64,000 bases of DNA from the NCBI RefSeq assembly GCF_006345805.1, contig NC_043006.1, positions 12,710,001 to 12,774,000 on the forward strand, given 5' to 3'. Under the pieces are notes generated by a model. The model did not search any database. It saw only the letters and a program-made list of their open reading frames with translations, and was not told the DNA's origin. This DNA is from Octopus sinensis. Taxonomy: Eukaryota. Position 1 is the first letter of the stretch, and each line of letters opens with the position of its first letter. This document shows positions 27,981 to 40,604 of the stretch, in pieces. A program made the position numbers and the translations under genes.

Positions 27981-28129
27981 GTAGTACCTTGGTTTTTGAA
28001 CACCTCTGATCACGAATAAATCGTGCTTTATCTCCTGTCTTTTTTATATTTCTTTAATACAGCAGTACCTCGGTTAATCTATATATTAAGCACGTGTGAC
28101 CCCTCTGTCCGGCATTCGGCATGATAGAT

Positions 28130-28293
28130 TGCTAGCCACTAAACATTTTTTTCTTTCCCTGTTTATTTCTGTGTTCCTCTCTATTGAAGAGCATAAGCTC
28201 GAAACGTAAAGGACTTTCTCACTTCCCGAGCGTTAAACTAATACATCTGTTTGTTGTTTACACACCCGTCTTCTTCTTTTGTTTTTTTCTGTA
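28130..28293 (+). mobile_element. PLE pLTR-like non-autonomous fragment ending at (TA)n
   Basis: tgaagagcataagctcgaaacgtaaaggac..gagcgttaaactaatacatctg; the same family recurs at 46940-47600. Confidence 0.55.
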
Positions 28294-28299
28294 AATTCT

Positions 28300-28367
<68 letters not shown>

Positions 28368-29435
28368 AGTGACCAAGTTGTTAGTTTCTAGGATCAAGCA
28401 TGGATTGGTTGATTATTAGACGAAATTAGTGGCACTAGTACATGGCCACACCAAAAATTTATTTAAATTTTCGATTTCATTTTATAAATATTTTCTACTT
28501 CCATTGTTCAAAGTTTTAAAACTATTGAGGCATATTCGCTGATGTGGTTGTTGATGTTAAAACAGACGCCATTGTTGTTGGAGAAAGTCTTATCACTTCA
28601 TTGTGTTTTGTGAGGAGACAAAAAGAAAATAATTTAAAACAGGAAATCTTTTGGGATAAACAAGGTAAAAAGATATTTTACACTGACAGGTAAAACAAAG
28701 AGAGATTTATGGACATTTTGATTTCAACAACATTCGGAGTGATATCGACTGTTATTTATTAAACTACTTGCGCAGATAACGCTCTCCTCTGTATAGCAAC
28801 TACACGAGATCTCCCAACATTCAGAATAAATATAAAGACAGCAAACAGTATGACTTCATCAAGATTTCCTGAAAGATAAATGAAGTATCCCTAAAGCAAT
28901 GAATAAATGCATTCTCAACTCGTAAGCGGCAATGAATTACTCAGAACTAAAAGTTCGCCAATGAAAACAGAAAACAACAATGAGACGATATGTAATAATA
29001 TTTACAGATTTTCAAATTGTATTCTTAGTCAAAATAATATTCGAATAAAAAAATGATATCAATTTCTCATGATATTTAGTCGTTGCTGTGGTGGGGTTAT
29101 TAGTGGTAGTAGTAGTAGTTGCCATTACCATCGCCGTCATCATAATCATCGTTATGACTATCAGCACCAAAGATGACGTTGCTTGTACTACCATTAATCA
29201 TCTTCATTTCCCTAATTATATATATATATATATATACTATACAGAGGAGAGCGTTATCAGTACAACTTAGTTTGATTTGAAAACCCCACTAGAATGGGAG
29301 AAAACGCTAATGATCTAAGTGATATGATATATATATATAAAATGTAATATATAAATAAATATCTGTAAATATAAACCATCCGATCTTCTGATTACCTCAT
29401 TTCTTCTAATAATATATATAATATATATAATATAT

Positions 29436-29494
<59 letters not shown>

Positions 29495-29536
29495 TGGTTG
29501 TCTACTGCTTATGCTGAGTTTCATAACTTCCTGTAT

Positions 29537-30030
29537 CTACACCTTAGAACCCTCGTGTCATCTGATGTGGATTTTAAAACCAGGCTATGTTCTGAAAAGA
29601 CACCCACATAGATTTCATGCAAGATTTGGACCGCCAAAAGCTGCAGATAAATTCTGATCTTTGTGGATCTTAAAATGTCTTTTGAGGCCTCCGTTCGATT
29701 TGCAAACCTTCTAGCATACATTGCATTGACAGGTGTGCACAGACATATAGGCGGCATAGTTGGTAGACGTTCGTTTTCCATGGGTTGGTAAATGAAATTT
29801 GATCCCAGCAAAATAAAGGCATGGTCTGCCATAAACTGTGCATTCAAAAAGGTCACTGTGATTCACCTTTTCGATCGTAACATTCTTTCATAGATCTCTT
29901 TTGCGTCTTGCATGCGTTATACTGGCCTCTAAAAACACTTTCCTTCCACTCCACACTTGTTTCTATGTCCTCTGGATCCATTCCAAGTGACTTCATAGTA
30001 GTCCTTATGCCCCCCCTTAAACCTTTTTGC
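29537..30030 (-). mobile_element. RTE-like LINE 3' end with three degenerate C2H2 zinc fingers
   Basis: Reads FECTVYGRPCLYFAGIKFHLPTH, CQCNVC*KVCKSNGGLKRHFKIH and LA*NLCGCLFRT*PGFKIHIR*H, preceded by a KRFK..IRTTMKSLGMDPE-like segment. Confidence 0.75.
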
Positions 30031-30229
30031 ATATATGTATTATATATATGTACATATATAACCAGATGTATACATGTATTAGATATGTGTGTGTGTGGGT
30101 ATAAATGTATTATATATATATGTATGTAAATAATTACATACTTATATGTCCGTACTCAGATGTATAGATATATCAAATAGCCATATGTATCTGATATACA
30201 TGTATATACTTACACAGAGAGATATGCAC

Positions 30230-30269
<40 letters not shown>

Positions 30270-30398
30270 CGGTAAATAATTAATAGTTTTAAAAAAACCA
30301 GCAATTATTTACGGATAGATTTCGGCATGTAAATATAACTATTATCGGTAGGAACTTTTTTTTAAAAAAAGTTCTATATATATTTGTATATAAATAAA

Positions 30399-30620
30399 AA
30401 GGGGCAGGCAACAGATTGCTTAGCCACATACCGAAAAAATTAAACCTAGACTTTGCTTTCGTTATTTTTCCTTCAATTTTTTTTCTTCTATTTTACATAT
30501 GTGAATTACATGAATAAGTTATATGTGGAGTCTTATTTGTAGAAAATAGAAATAAACAGTCTTTGACTTCTATTTCTAATTCTTTCGGTATGTGGCTAAG
30601 CAACCTGTTGCCTGCCTCTT
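30399..30620. mobile_element. MITE-like element with about 44-bp TIRs next to TA-rich sequence
   Basis: ggcaggcaacagattgcttagccacataccgaaa versus tttcggtatgtggctaagcaacctgttgcctgcc. Confidence 0.7.
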
Positions 30621-31454
30621 TATATATATATATATTATATATATATATATATTATATATATATATATAAATTTATAAGATACAAAATTTCTGTTCACTTA
30701 AGGAGGGAAAGTAAATTGTTGCTCACTGATATCCAAAAAGAAGGATGCTAAATTGCAACTTAACAAAAAACTAGTAACTCACTATTAATATTCGCAAAAC
30801 ATTTCTAATTGTCGTCTTTCGCCGTGTATCGACAATATGAGTGTTCCTATAATTAATGAGCAGGTTGATTTTCACTATCACTCGATATTGTTTACGTCGA
30901 AATGTATAAATGTTTATAATTAAACATAATGGCACATGTTAGACTAGGTCAAGCTGATAACATCAATTCTGTTCCAAGTCGTATTTGCCTGTCGTTCATG
31001 AAAGACTATGTTCTGCGATATATTTCCGACACGGGTTATATGTTTCTTTTTATATTTAAAAAATATTATATGTTATTGACAGCATATAATAATTAGTTCT
31101 GAAATAAAATTTAATTATGTTCCTCATTCTAATCATGTCTTTGAGTATTCCTCATATTTTCTATTTCTTTGATTATTATTATTATTTTTTTTCATTATAT
31201 TTATTGAAGACATGTCTGTACTTTGAGTTTGAAATTTGAAATATTTCTGATAAAGACACAATGTCACGTATCTGAGAATAAGAAAATAATCGATTATATC
31301 GATTCTCTTAATTAATTTGTATTTATTTTATCGACCTCAGAAGGATGAATAGTAAAAAAACAATATAGATGGGATTGAACTCAAAACTTAAAAGAACAGT
31401 TTTTTTTATACCAAACTATATAAAAGGAACACTCTTTATTAAGTTTATATCTAT

Positions 31455-31680
31455 TTCTTTACTACCAACAAGGAGCTAAACACAGAGAGGACAAACAAGG
31501 ACAGACAAACGGATTAAGTCGATTATATCCGCCCCAGTGCGTAACTGGTACTTATTTAATCGACTCCGAAAGGATGAAAGGTAAAGTCGACCTCGGAGGA
31601 ATTTGAACTCAGAAAGCAGCGGCAGATGAAATACTGCTAAGCAATTCCACCCAGTGCGCTAACGTTTCTGCCAGCTCATC
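31455..31680 (-). mobile_element. SINE family B copy (left arm of inverted pair)
   Basis: Reverse complement of the family B consensus. Confidence 0.85.
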
Positions 31681-31804
31681 GTAGAACGATATAAACTATT
31701 TGCTTTGAATTTAACTAAAGTTAACTAAATATAAACCCTCTATCAAAATTGCATGTTGATTTCATTTAAAAAGCATCACCTTAGTAAAGTCAAAATCATT
31801 ATAT

Positions 31805-32034
31805 TGTTTGTCCTCTCTGTGTTTAGCCCCTTGTGGGTAGTAAAGAAATAGGTATTTATTCTGTCGTTACGTTCTGAGTTCAAATTCCGCCGAGGTCGAC
31901 TTTGCATTTCATCCTTTCGGGGTCGATAAATAAAGTACCAGTTTCGCACTGGGGGCGATGTAATTGACTTAATCCCTTTTTTCTGTCCTTGTTTGTCCCC
32001 TCTATGTTTAGCACCTTGTGGGTAGTAAAGAAAT
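31805..32034 (+). mobile_element. SINE family B partial dimer (tail plus headless unit; right arm of inverted pair)
   Basis: Starts with the tail ...gtaaagaaatag|gtattt, followed by a body unit. Confidence 0.85.
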
Positions 32035-32551
32035 ATATATTACATTAAAATGTATTACACCTCTGAAGAATTCCGAATATTGGATCAACGTAAAATATCC
32101 AGTCATTCACAAAAGTAAATGGCAGATTAAGTCATAAATCACTTCAGGTAGTGTCACAGTAAATTCGTGGCCTATAGCATTTGTGCTATTTTGCATAATC
32201 TGATATTGGTACCCCAGTTGAACTAGTGCTTTCCTCGGTGAAAATTGATAAACGGTAAATACTGAGGCTCACCATGAACAAACTAAAATACATACAAGCA
32301 TAGACACACATACTCACAGACACACACATACATATGTATGTGTGTATATATATATATGCGTGTGTGCGTGTGTGTGCATTTATGTTTGTTCGCGACGGGC
32401 TTCAGGTATTTATCGTCTATCTATCTATCTACATATATCTATCTATGTATGTATGTATGTATGTATGTAATGTATGTATGTATTGTATGTATGTATGGAT
32501 GTATGTATGTATGTATGTATGTATGTATCTATCTGTCTATCTATCTATCTA

Positions 32552-32632
<81 letters not shown>

Positions 32633-32652
32633 TGTATGTATGTATATATACA

Positions 32653-32724
32653 GGTCTCATGGTGTAATGGTTAGCATTCTGGATTTTGAACCCAGCAATA
32701 TTCGAGTTCGAATCTCAGTGCTTT
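32653..32724 (+). pseudogene. Degenerate tRNA-Gln(TTG)
   Basis: GGTCTCATGGTGTAATGGTTAGCATTCTGGATTTTGAACCCAGC...GAGTTCGAATCTC closely follows eukaryotic tRNA-Gln. It has mismatches in the anticodon and T stems and the 3' acceptor strand is lost (tgcttta). Confidence 0.75.
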
Positions 32725-32744
32725 ATTCAACTTTAATAATTGCA

Positions 32745-33120
32745 GGTGTGGTTGGGTGGTACGAAGTTTACTTTCAAACTACATGGTTTGGGGGTTCAGT
32801 GTGTGGACAATGGCCAAGTGTCTTCTACTATAGCTTTGGGTCGACCAAAACCTTGGGAGTGTATTCGGTAGACGGAAATTGAAAGAAGCCCATAGTGTAT
32901 GTATGTGTGTGTGTGTGTCTTTATGTCTCTGCTTGTCCCATTACCACCACTTCACAACTGGTGATGGTGTGTTTATGTCCCCGTAACGTAGCGGTTCGGC
33001 CAAAACGTTTGATAGAATAATTAGTTACCAGGCCTATAAGAAAAAGTATTGGGGACGATACACTCGAAGAAAAGATCATCAATGCGGTATCCCAGGATGG
33101 CCGTAGTCTAATGACTACAA
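32745..33120 (+). mobile_element. Diverged SINE family A copy
   Basis: Retains gccaagtgtcttctactatagc...ggtagacggaaattgaaagaagccc and the 3' ggatggccgtagtctaatgact. Confidence 0.7.
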
Positions 33121-33127
33121 TTAAAAG

Positions 33128-33520
33128 ACAAAAGATCGTGCCGGTGGCACGTAAAAAGCATCCGTGCCGGTGGCACGAAAAAGCACCATTCGAGCGTGAT
33201 CGTTACCAGCGTCGCCTTACTGGCACTTGTGCCGGTGGCACGTGAAAAAACATTCGAGCGAGGTCGTTGCCAGTGCCGCTGGACTGGCTCTTGTGGAGGT
33301 GGCACGTAAAAAACACCATTTGAGTGTGGCCGTTGCCAGTACCGCCTGACTGACTCTCGTGCCGGTGGCACATAAAAGCAAGCGCTACACTCTCGGAGTG
33401 GTTGGCGTTATGAAGGGCATCAAGCTGTAGAGACTGACAGATCAAGATTGGAGCAGCTATCTGATTCGCCAGACCTCAGTCAAATCGTCCAGCCCATGCT
33501 AGCATGGAAAGCGGACGTCT
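33128..33520 (+). mobile_element. SINE/RTE-tail element with internal tandem units containing the palindrome GTGCCGGTGGCAC
   Basis: The gtgccggtggcac motif occurs about 5 times, followed by gtggttggcgttatgaagggcatc and cccatgctagcatggaaagcggacgt, a tail typical of RTE-mobilised elements. Confidence 0.65.
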
Positions 33521-33526
33521 CCTTGA

Positions 33527-33745
33527 GGCGGCGAGCTGGCAGAATCGTTAGCACATAGGTTAAAATTGTTTGTGATTTTTCGTCCGTTCGTAAATTCGGA
33601 GTTCAAATATCGCCGAGGTCAACTATGCTTTTCATCCGTTCAGGGCCGATAAAATAAGTACCATTTGAGCACTGGAGTCGATGTATTCAATCAACCCACT
33701 CTCCTGAAATGACCGGCTATGTGCCAAAATTTTAAACCAATATTT
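33527..33745 (+). mobile_element. Older family B-like SINE with alternative tail
   Basis: Head ggcggcgagctggcagaatcgttagc with the diverged core ttttcatccgttcagggccgataaaataagtacc. Similar worn copies lie near 20100-20220, 59790-59990, 61380-61550 and 62300-62455. Confidence 0.7.
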
Positions 33746-34029
33746 GTTTGTGCTCCTTCCATTTCCATTTCGAATCTTGCCGTTGTTAAATTAATGTTCA
33801 GGTGATGCGTTTGATAAATTAAGAAATATTGAATTCAACATATCCGACTGATCTTTGTTTCTCTCACACTCTCTCTCTTTTTCTCTCTCACTCTATCTCT
33901 CTCTCTCTCTTCTTTCCTTTTTCTCTCTTACACACATACACACGCATATTAAATGTGTGACTGTGAAACCAAAATAGAAATCAATATATGCTATGTTCGA
34001 TGAATTCGTGGATGTAATAGAGTCCATAC

Positions 34030-34080
34030 CTTACGGCGACGATTTCGAATCCTACATCAGTCGAAATGGCTTTCATGTAT
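34030..34080 (-). CDS. Putative internal coding exon (51 nt, phase 2 to 2): YMKAISTDVGFEIVAV
   Basis: Acceptor ttaatcccatacaccttag|A, donor AAG|gtatgg. One frame is open and its phase joins the 41688 exon exactly (AC+A=Thr). Confidence 0.55.
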
Positions 34081-34484
34081 CTAAGGTGTATGGGATTAAC
34101 AGAAATAAGACATAACAGTAGATTCCACTAATTGATTTCCTTTTCTAAACTTTGATCTAGTGCCAAAGTTGCTTAAGTCAGAAATTACTACTCAAAAATA
34201 TCAATAAACTATGAGATCAAACGCAATAGTAGAATGCCTTAGACACACGTATGAACGAACACACACGTACATGAATGCATCGCGTAAGTATGCCAACACA
34301 CAGATATACATATAGACAAACATATTCTGACTATGGTGTGGAATACAATCATAGTAACGACAAAAATATGATGAGTTGTCGTTGTTGGCTACCTGAAAAA
34401 CTTTCGAATAATCACTGAATAAGAAGAGTTTCTGTTCTAGAAGTAAAGTTCATTGTAATTATTTGCATAAAGAAAAGTAACTGC

Positions 34485-34932
34485 GGATCTTTTCGGTTTG
34501 AACAGCAGTTTTTTTCTAGCGGTGTCATATGAAATTGTCACCCATAATTATGACCCTAGTATCGATCTATTGCATTTCAATCTGTTTTAGGGTTAGGGTT
34601 AGTTAGGGTTAGTTATGGTTAGGGTAAGGGTTAGGGGTGGGGGAAGGGTATATTTTTTTCTTCACAAATGTAAATAAACGCAATCTGTTTCTTAAACGAG
34701 GGACATATTCATACGGCACATAATGTTTTTTACCTAAAAAAAAGTCAGTGATTGGTTGAAATTGCAGAAATTGAAGAAAAAAACAACAAATATCTTACAA
34801 ACTATAGAATTTTCTCAATAAAGCCAAGAGATAAAGATGTTTTATAAACACATTCTACCAGTATACGAAGTTTAAAATTTTTTAGTTACCTAGAAATTAT
34901 GTTAAAAACTGCCGTTCAAACCGAAAAGATCC
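34485..34932. mobile_element. Second copy of the same MITE with expanded TTAGGG-like tract
   Basis: Same TIRs and colinear interior. Flanks gtaactgc and gtatctgg match 6/8. Confidence 0.8.
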
Positions 34933-35959
34933 GTATCTGGTATTTGATTTTCAGAATTGCCTGTCAGAAAAAAAAAATTCAACACGAAGTATATGACATG
35001 CTTGTATACTTTTCTTTTCATTTACCTCTCTTTTCGAAATTCTTTCCTATTACAAATATCCTTTCTTTCTCATTGACATGATGTGTGCCATACAGAATTG
35101 TTTGTTCCATACTCAAGGGCATGTTTCTTAACCTCTGCCGTCTCCATACACTTCAGCCTCATCCATGGTGACAATCCAACCTAGAACCATCTAATTTTAA
35201 CCCAGTACCACTAAATCTGGTTATTCCCCAGAAAACGGCTCTCACCGCTTGTATTAGTTCTCCTTTAACCCGTGACAACACCCAACTCAACCATGTTTTG
35301 CAGTAAATACGATAAAATGCTGTCGCTTAATAAATCATCACTCAATCTCCAGACGTAATGGTAACAGCTTCATACTAAAATCCTGTTTGACCACATATTG
35401 TAAACCTAAGAACAACCATAAAACCTGAGGTCACTTCCAGAAGAATAACACGACGTGACCTGAGATGACCAATACAGGCCTAACATTTAGAGGCCATCAT
35501 GGATTTGTCTGTTATCCGTTCTCCAGATGCCTGACGTGCTAGGTTCGTCTGAAGAACCTCCGAACCTTTAAGTCGCAAGGAGTAAATTCAAACTGTTATT
35601 AAATAATACATGTAACTCCTATCATATGTGCTGAGTGCCCCTTCCTTTAGGTTGTGCACTCATATATATATTTACTGTTCCGTTAAGGTAATATCAACAA
35701 AAACGTATTTCAACCAGTGGAAGATAGATGTCATTTAATGTACACACTATAAAAATACAAGGTACTAATAGTTTGAGATGCGGGTCTAGGCAGGTTTTTT
35801 ATAACAGGATTTGCATCGCTCAATAAACCTCAGGCTCTGACAACATTATCTATTCAATTTGCAAATTGGGACTGTCGTGCAAGAGCAATCAAGAGGAAAT
35901 AAAAAGGAGAAGCAGATTGATGCAAAACGTGGAAGGGTTAATAAAACGAGAAAAAAAAA

Positions 35960-36290
35960 CAGAGAAAAGACAGAAAATTATTCAAACCAACTATCTTCTT
36001 CCCGGTACGCCGACAAATGTAAAACCACTAAGATGGCTTGCCACATATGAGGTTTAAAGACCAACTACACACCACGTAGAGTCAAGTAAAGAAGCGTAGA
36101 AATATCCCAGCCATATATCAATGGGTCTAAGAAATACAGCGTAACTGAAAGATCGCATATTCTTTTTAGATCTATGAATTCCATCACACTACTGAAATCC
36201 AGATCCGAAATTTTCTGCAAATGCAAACATATGGACAAATTTCTTGTCCAACCCTCTCCAGACTGAGCTGCTTTCTCGCGGACTTTGGAG
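35960..36290 (+). mobile_element. Penelope-like GIY-YIG C-terminal relic
   Basis: Reads YSNQLSSSRYADKCKTTKMACHI*GLK..SQPYINGSKKY..TERSHIL..LLKSRSEIFCKCKHMDKFL, matching the LNxRSEIxxKCRHxxKF motif. Confidence 0.7.
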
Positions 36291-36632
36291 TACTCTCCGT
36301 TGAATTATTCTACAATTAGCTTAATTATGGCTTTACGGCGAAAGGGGAAATAACTCCAATATATTTTTTTTTCAACTTTTGTTCACCCTTCCACATTTTT
36401 CATCTACCTTCTCGTTTTTTCACGTGAATTATCTTGTACTAGCATCCTAGTTAGGGAATTCAATAGGTACCGTGTGCCCGATTATTGCTTGGAGATGCAA
36501 GGGATATAATACAGACCTGATTAGACACGCCTCTCCAAAGCAAGAAACTTTTACTAGTTCGAATCTTTAGACTGTCTACAATAAATGATAGATAGACAGA
36601 TTGATAAATAGATAAATAGATACATATATATA

Positions 36633-36729
<97 letters not shown>

Positions 36730-37228
36730 TTCCACTTAGCAAACACTACCCTGGGGTTTTCTTCGTTAAATAGGCCAACACAGGTCGGACAAAGATATAT
36801 GACAAACCGCCAATGACATTCTGCTTTTTAATACGAATGTCAGTTTCAGAAGTTTTCTGAGACAAAATGTTATAGATAGTTACTTCTACCATTGTCTATA
36901 CATTATGCTATGCTACTATCTTGCATTTCTTATCGACATTCAGTAACAAGAAGCAAAATACGATTCGGTGGCAAATATTTTTGTGTTATTCGATAGTTCA
37001 ATAGTTCAGGACTGACATGAATTATTTAAGTTCATGTCATTGGATAATCAATAGATTCCCTTTAGTCTCTCTATGACGTTCTAGTTGTAAAAAATCTCTT
37101 TCCCCATATACATAAACACACACACATACATACACACACACACCCACACACACACACACACACAGACATACATACATACATACATACATACATACATACA
37201 TACATACATACATACATACATACGTGCA

Positions 37229-37262
<34 letters not shown>

Positions 37263-37263
<1 letters not shown>

Positions 37264-37500
37264 TCTTTTATTTGTTTCAGCCATTTGACTGAGGCCATGC
37301 TGGAGCACCGCCTTTAGTCGAACACATCGACCCCAGGACTTATTCTTTGTTTGTCTGCCTAGTACTTATTCTATCGGGCGCTTTTGTCGAAATGCTAAGT
37401 TACGGGAATGTAAAGACACTAATATCAGCTGTCAAGCGATGGCGGGGGTACAAACACAGATAAACAAACATGCACACAGACGCACACACACATACATATA
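37263..37500 (-). mobile_element. 5'-truncated SINE family A copy
   Basis: tttcagccatttgactgaggccatgctggagcaccgcc matches the family A 3' half. Confidence 0.75.
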
Positions 37501-37689
37501 TATATACACACACCTAGGAACAGGCGTACCTGCGTAGCACCTTGGACGGATGATTGTTATAATACTTTCAGGTTGACCTAAACCCCGTTAGAGTAATTTG
37601 TAGACAAAAACTGAAAGACCACCGAATATATAGATACTTATATATCTATATATGCGTGTGTGTCTTTTTTGTTTGTCCCACACCATCAA

Positions 37690-38215
37690 TTGCTAACCAG
37701 CGTTGGAATGTGTAGGGGTGGCGTGGGGTTACGAGGGAGGGGTGACGATGAAGAGGGCAGGAGAATGTGGGTAGTATTGAAGAGAGAAGGAGAGTAGAAG
37801 TGAAGATAAGAAGTAGGATTCGGAGCAAGAGAAGAGAGGTGGGTGGGCGGAAGTATGTGTGAGGGCGGAAGTACGTGTGAAGGGGAGTGAGGAGATGGAA
37901 GGAGAGTTGAGCCCGAGTGGCGCAGAGGAGCGAAGAGAGAAGATTAATCCCTGTTCACGGCGCAAACGGGAGTCCGGGTGGCCCCTGTGCAAGGACAATC
38001 TGAACACGGACAGCTGTTGCAAAGAGTGACCGGTAGAGCGGAAATGGTGCGAGTCCGGGGTATCATTGCCGAGTCGGATGTCTCTGAGGTGTTGCGCAAA
38101 CTGGTCATCCAAGCGGAGGTCCCGTTTGCCCGATGTATAGAGAAAGATAGAGAGAGAGCAGGAGATGCAGTAGATGACATTATTAGAAGTGCAGGTGAAG
38201 GAGTCGGTGGTGTAT
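37690..38215 (-). mobile_element. Penelope-like GIY-YIG endonuclease fragment
   Basis: Reads FTCTSNNVIYCISCSL..LY..RLDDQFAQHLRDIRLGNDTPDSHHFRSTGHS..RLRREQGLIFSLRSSAPLGLN, a classic PLE GIY-YIG domain. Confidence 0.85.
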
Positions 38216-38217
38216 AT

Positions 38218-38272
<55 letters not shown>

Positions 38273-38403
38273 GCACCCGGCGTTTCCCGAGAATGAAGTT
38301 GTTCCTTATATATTGTAAGAAAACGCAAACTGTTGTATAGAAATTTGTTATTCTAAATTCAATTTTTCTTCAACTGAGAAATCAATCCTGAATTCAGAAT
38401 ACA

Positions 38404-38528
<125 letters not shown>

Positions 38529-38529
38529 T

Positions 38530-39650
38530 AAACGAACATTTTATCTTATGGACAGCGTGTTGTTCAGGAAGATATTTAGGTTCATGTTCATTCACAAATG
38601 CAGCCATGTCTTTACTGTCATAATTTGTCTCCCTTGCAATGTCTCTTGAAGTTAAATCACTAATTTAACGGTTTGCGTTTTGGCAATCCAGAGCCAGACT
38701 CTTGCAAATTTTTGTCTCCTATGGCCAAACTTGATCCTCAATTTAAATCGATGTTTGTTTTCAGGGAACTGGATATTGATATCTGGGTTTGCCTGTTGAA
38801 CTGCATAGTTTAAATCGCCAGCCATGTCCTCACGATGTTTCATCCAAAGCTGTAGGAGACTGCCAAGTTGACACATGTTCAGTATAATTGCAAAAATGTT
38901 ACGGATTTTCCTTGGAGAATCTGATACTAATACTTTAGTTAATGGAAGGTCCCAATGCTCATCATCCCCCCTAAAAAGCAAAATCTTGTTGATAGCATGC
39001 TTCCCTATAAGTTTTATATACATGACCATTTACCCCCCTCGAATCTTGGAACGATTTGGGACCACGTACATCATGCAAAAGGAGTTGTAAGCAGTAGCAT
39101 TGTGCCTGTTAACTCTCGCAAGAGCATCAGACCCACATTTCCTCTTGTGCCATTTATTGTTTCTCCAGGTGTAATACTTGAGTAATTATGGGTAAATGAG
39201 TTTTCTTGCATCTTCATCTACTTGACACAGCTTGAAAAACGCAGTAAGTGTAATTTCGTTTGGAGAAAATGCTTGTTGCGAGGCTGTTTGGTTTGCAAAT
39301 ATAAACATGTGACCATTCTCTAGATGGACACTCAGATGAATGATGGCTGGGAGCCTCTCAAGAATGGGAAAATTGAAAATGCGTCAAATAGCCTCATTGG
39401 TATTGATGCATCTTCCTCTGTCATGCTATGTCTCTTCGTAATTTTTATTTATCTGCTGACTACCATTCTGTTGCAGCAACTAAACCTTTGTATATTTGCA
39501 AACATACTTGATAGCGTTAACAGGGTTGCAGAATTCAACATTGACACTGGCTACCTGTACTTGTCTTTATTTCACTGTAGAATCTACTCGGACCCCTCTT
39601 GTAGAGTGTGAGGACATTGCTCTCGGAAACATTTTCCAAAATTAAAATGG
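38530..39650 (-). mobile_element. Helitron Rep/helicase coding fragment (pseudogenised)
   Basis: Frameshifted motifs VNVEFCNPVNAIKYVCKY, IFNFPILERLPAIIHLSVHLENG, TLTAFFKLCQVDEDARKLIY, DDEHWDLPL..SDSPRKIRNIFAIIL..LQLWMKHREDMAGD and MAAFVNEHEPKYLPEQ. Confidence 0.85.
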
Positions 39651-39784
39651 CGATTAAAGGAAAAAATGAGTCACGGGAATATCTTTACAAGATTGATAGC
39701 AATAAATTGCGATTGTGGAACGCTTCACGCACACACACACATGCACACACATAGCATCAAACGTCAGATTAAATGGACATGCAT

Positions 39785-39786
<2 letters not shown>

Positions 39787-39820
<34 letters not shown>

Positions 39821-39991
39821 CAGTGTGTTGTCATGTATACTTACATACATAAATAAATATGCATACATCTGTTTTGTATTATATGTGCGTATGTATGTAC
39901 GAGAGAGAGAGAAAGAGAGAGAAGAGAGAGAGAAAGAGAGAGAGAGAAAAAGAGAGAGAGACAAAGAGAGAGAGAGACAAAGAGAGAGAGA

Positions 39992-40033
<42 letters not shown>

Positions 40034-40035
40034 TC
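39787..40035. repeat. (GA)n-rich tract
   Basis: Direct inspection. Confidence 0.9.
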
Positions 40036-40152
40036 AATGCCACATAGACATCATGCTCTGTCTCTTTCTGTCTCACACACACACGCACACATATAATACA
40101 AAAAAGATGTATTTATGTATGTACGTATATATGACAACACCCCCCTGACTAC

Positions 40153-40189
<37 letters not shown>

Positions 40190-40604
40190 CACTCATTAAC
40201 ACACACGCGTACTTACAAAAACACACGTGTGCGTGTGTGACTGACTTGTATGTGTTTGTGAGAGTGAGATTATTGCAAACCATAAATGATCTAAACATGT
40301 AATGAACAAAAATCGTATTTATAAATGTTCTTGTACTGAATACCTAAATTTGTGAACTTAGTAAATATTACTTTCAGTAATTTATCGGAGTTGTTTGCAA
40401 ATAGTGAATTAAAATTTGAAATGAAAATATCAAAATAGAAAGTGAAACGTTTTGCAAATGAAAACGGAAAACTTCGCCGTTGCTACGTCAATATTGAATG
40501 TTGACATTGAGAAACCTTTTTAAAGAAGTGAATCATAAAAATGGAGCAATACTATTTATTTTTGATTAAAAAAAAATAAACTGAAGACGCTATTATGTAT
40601 CTAT

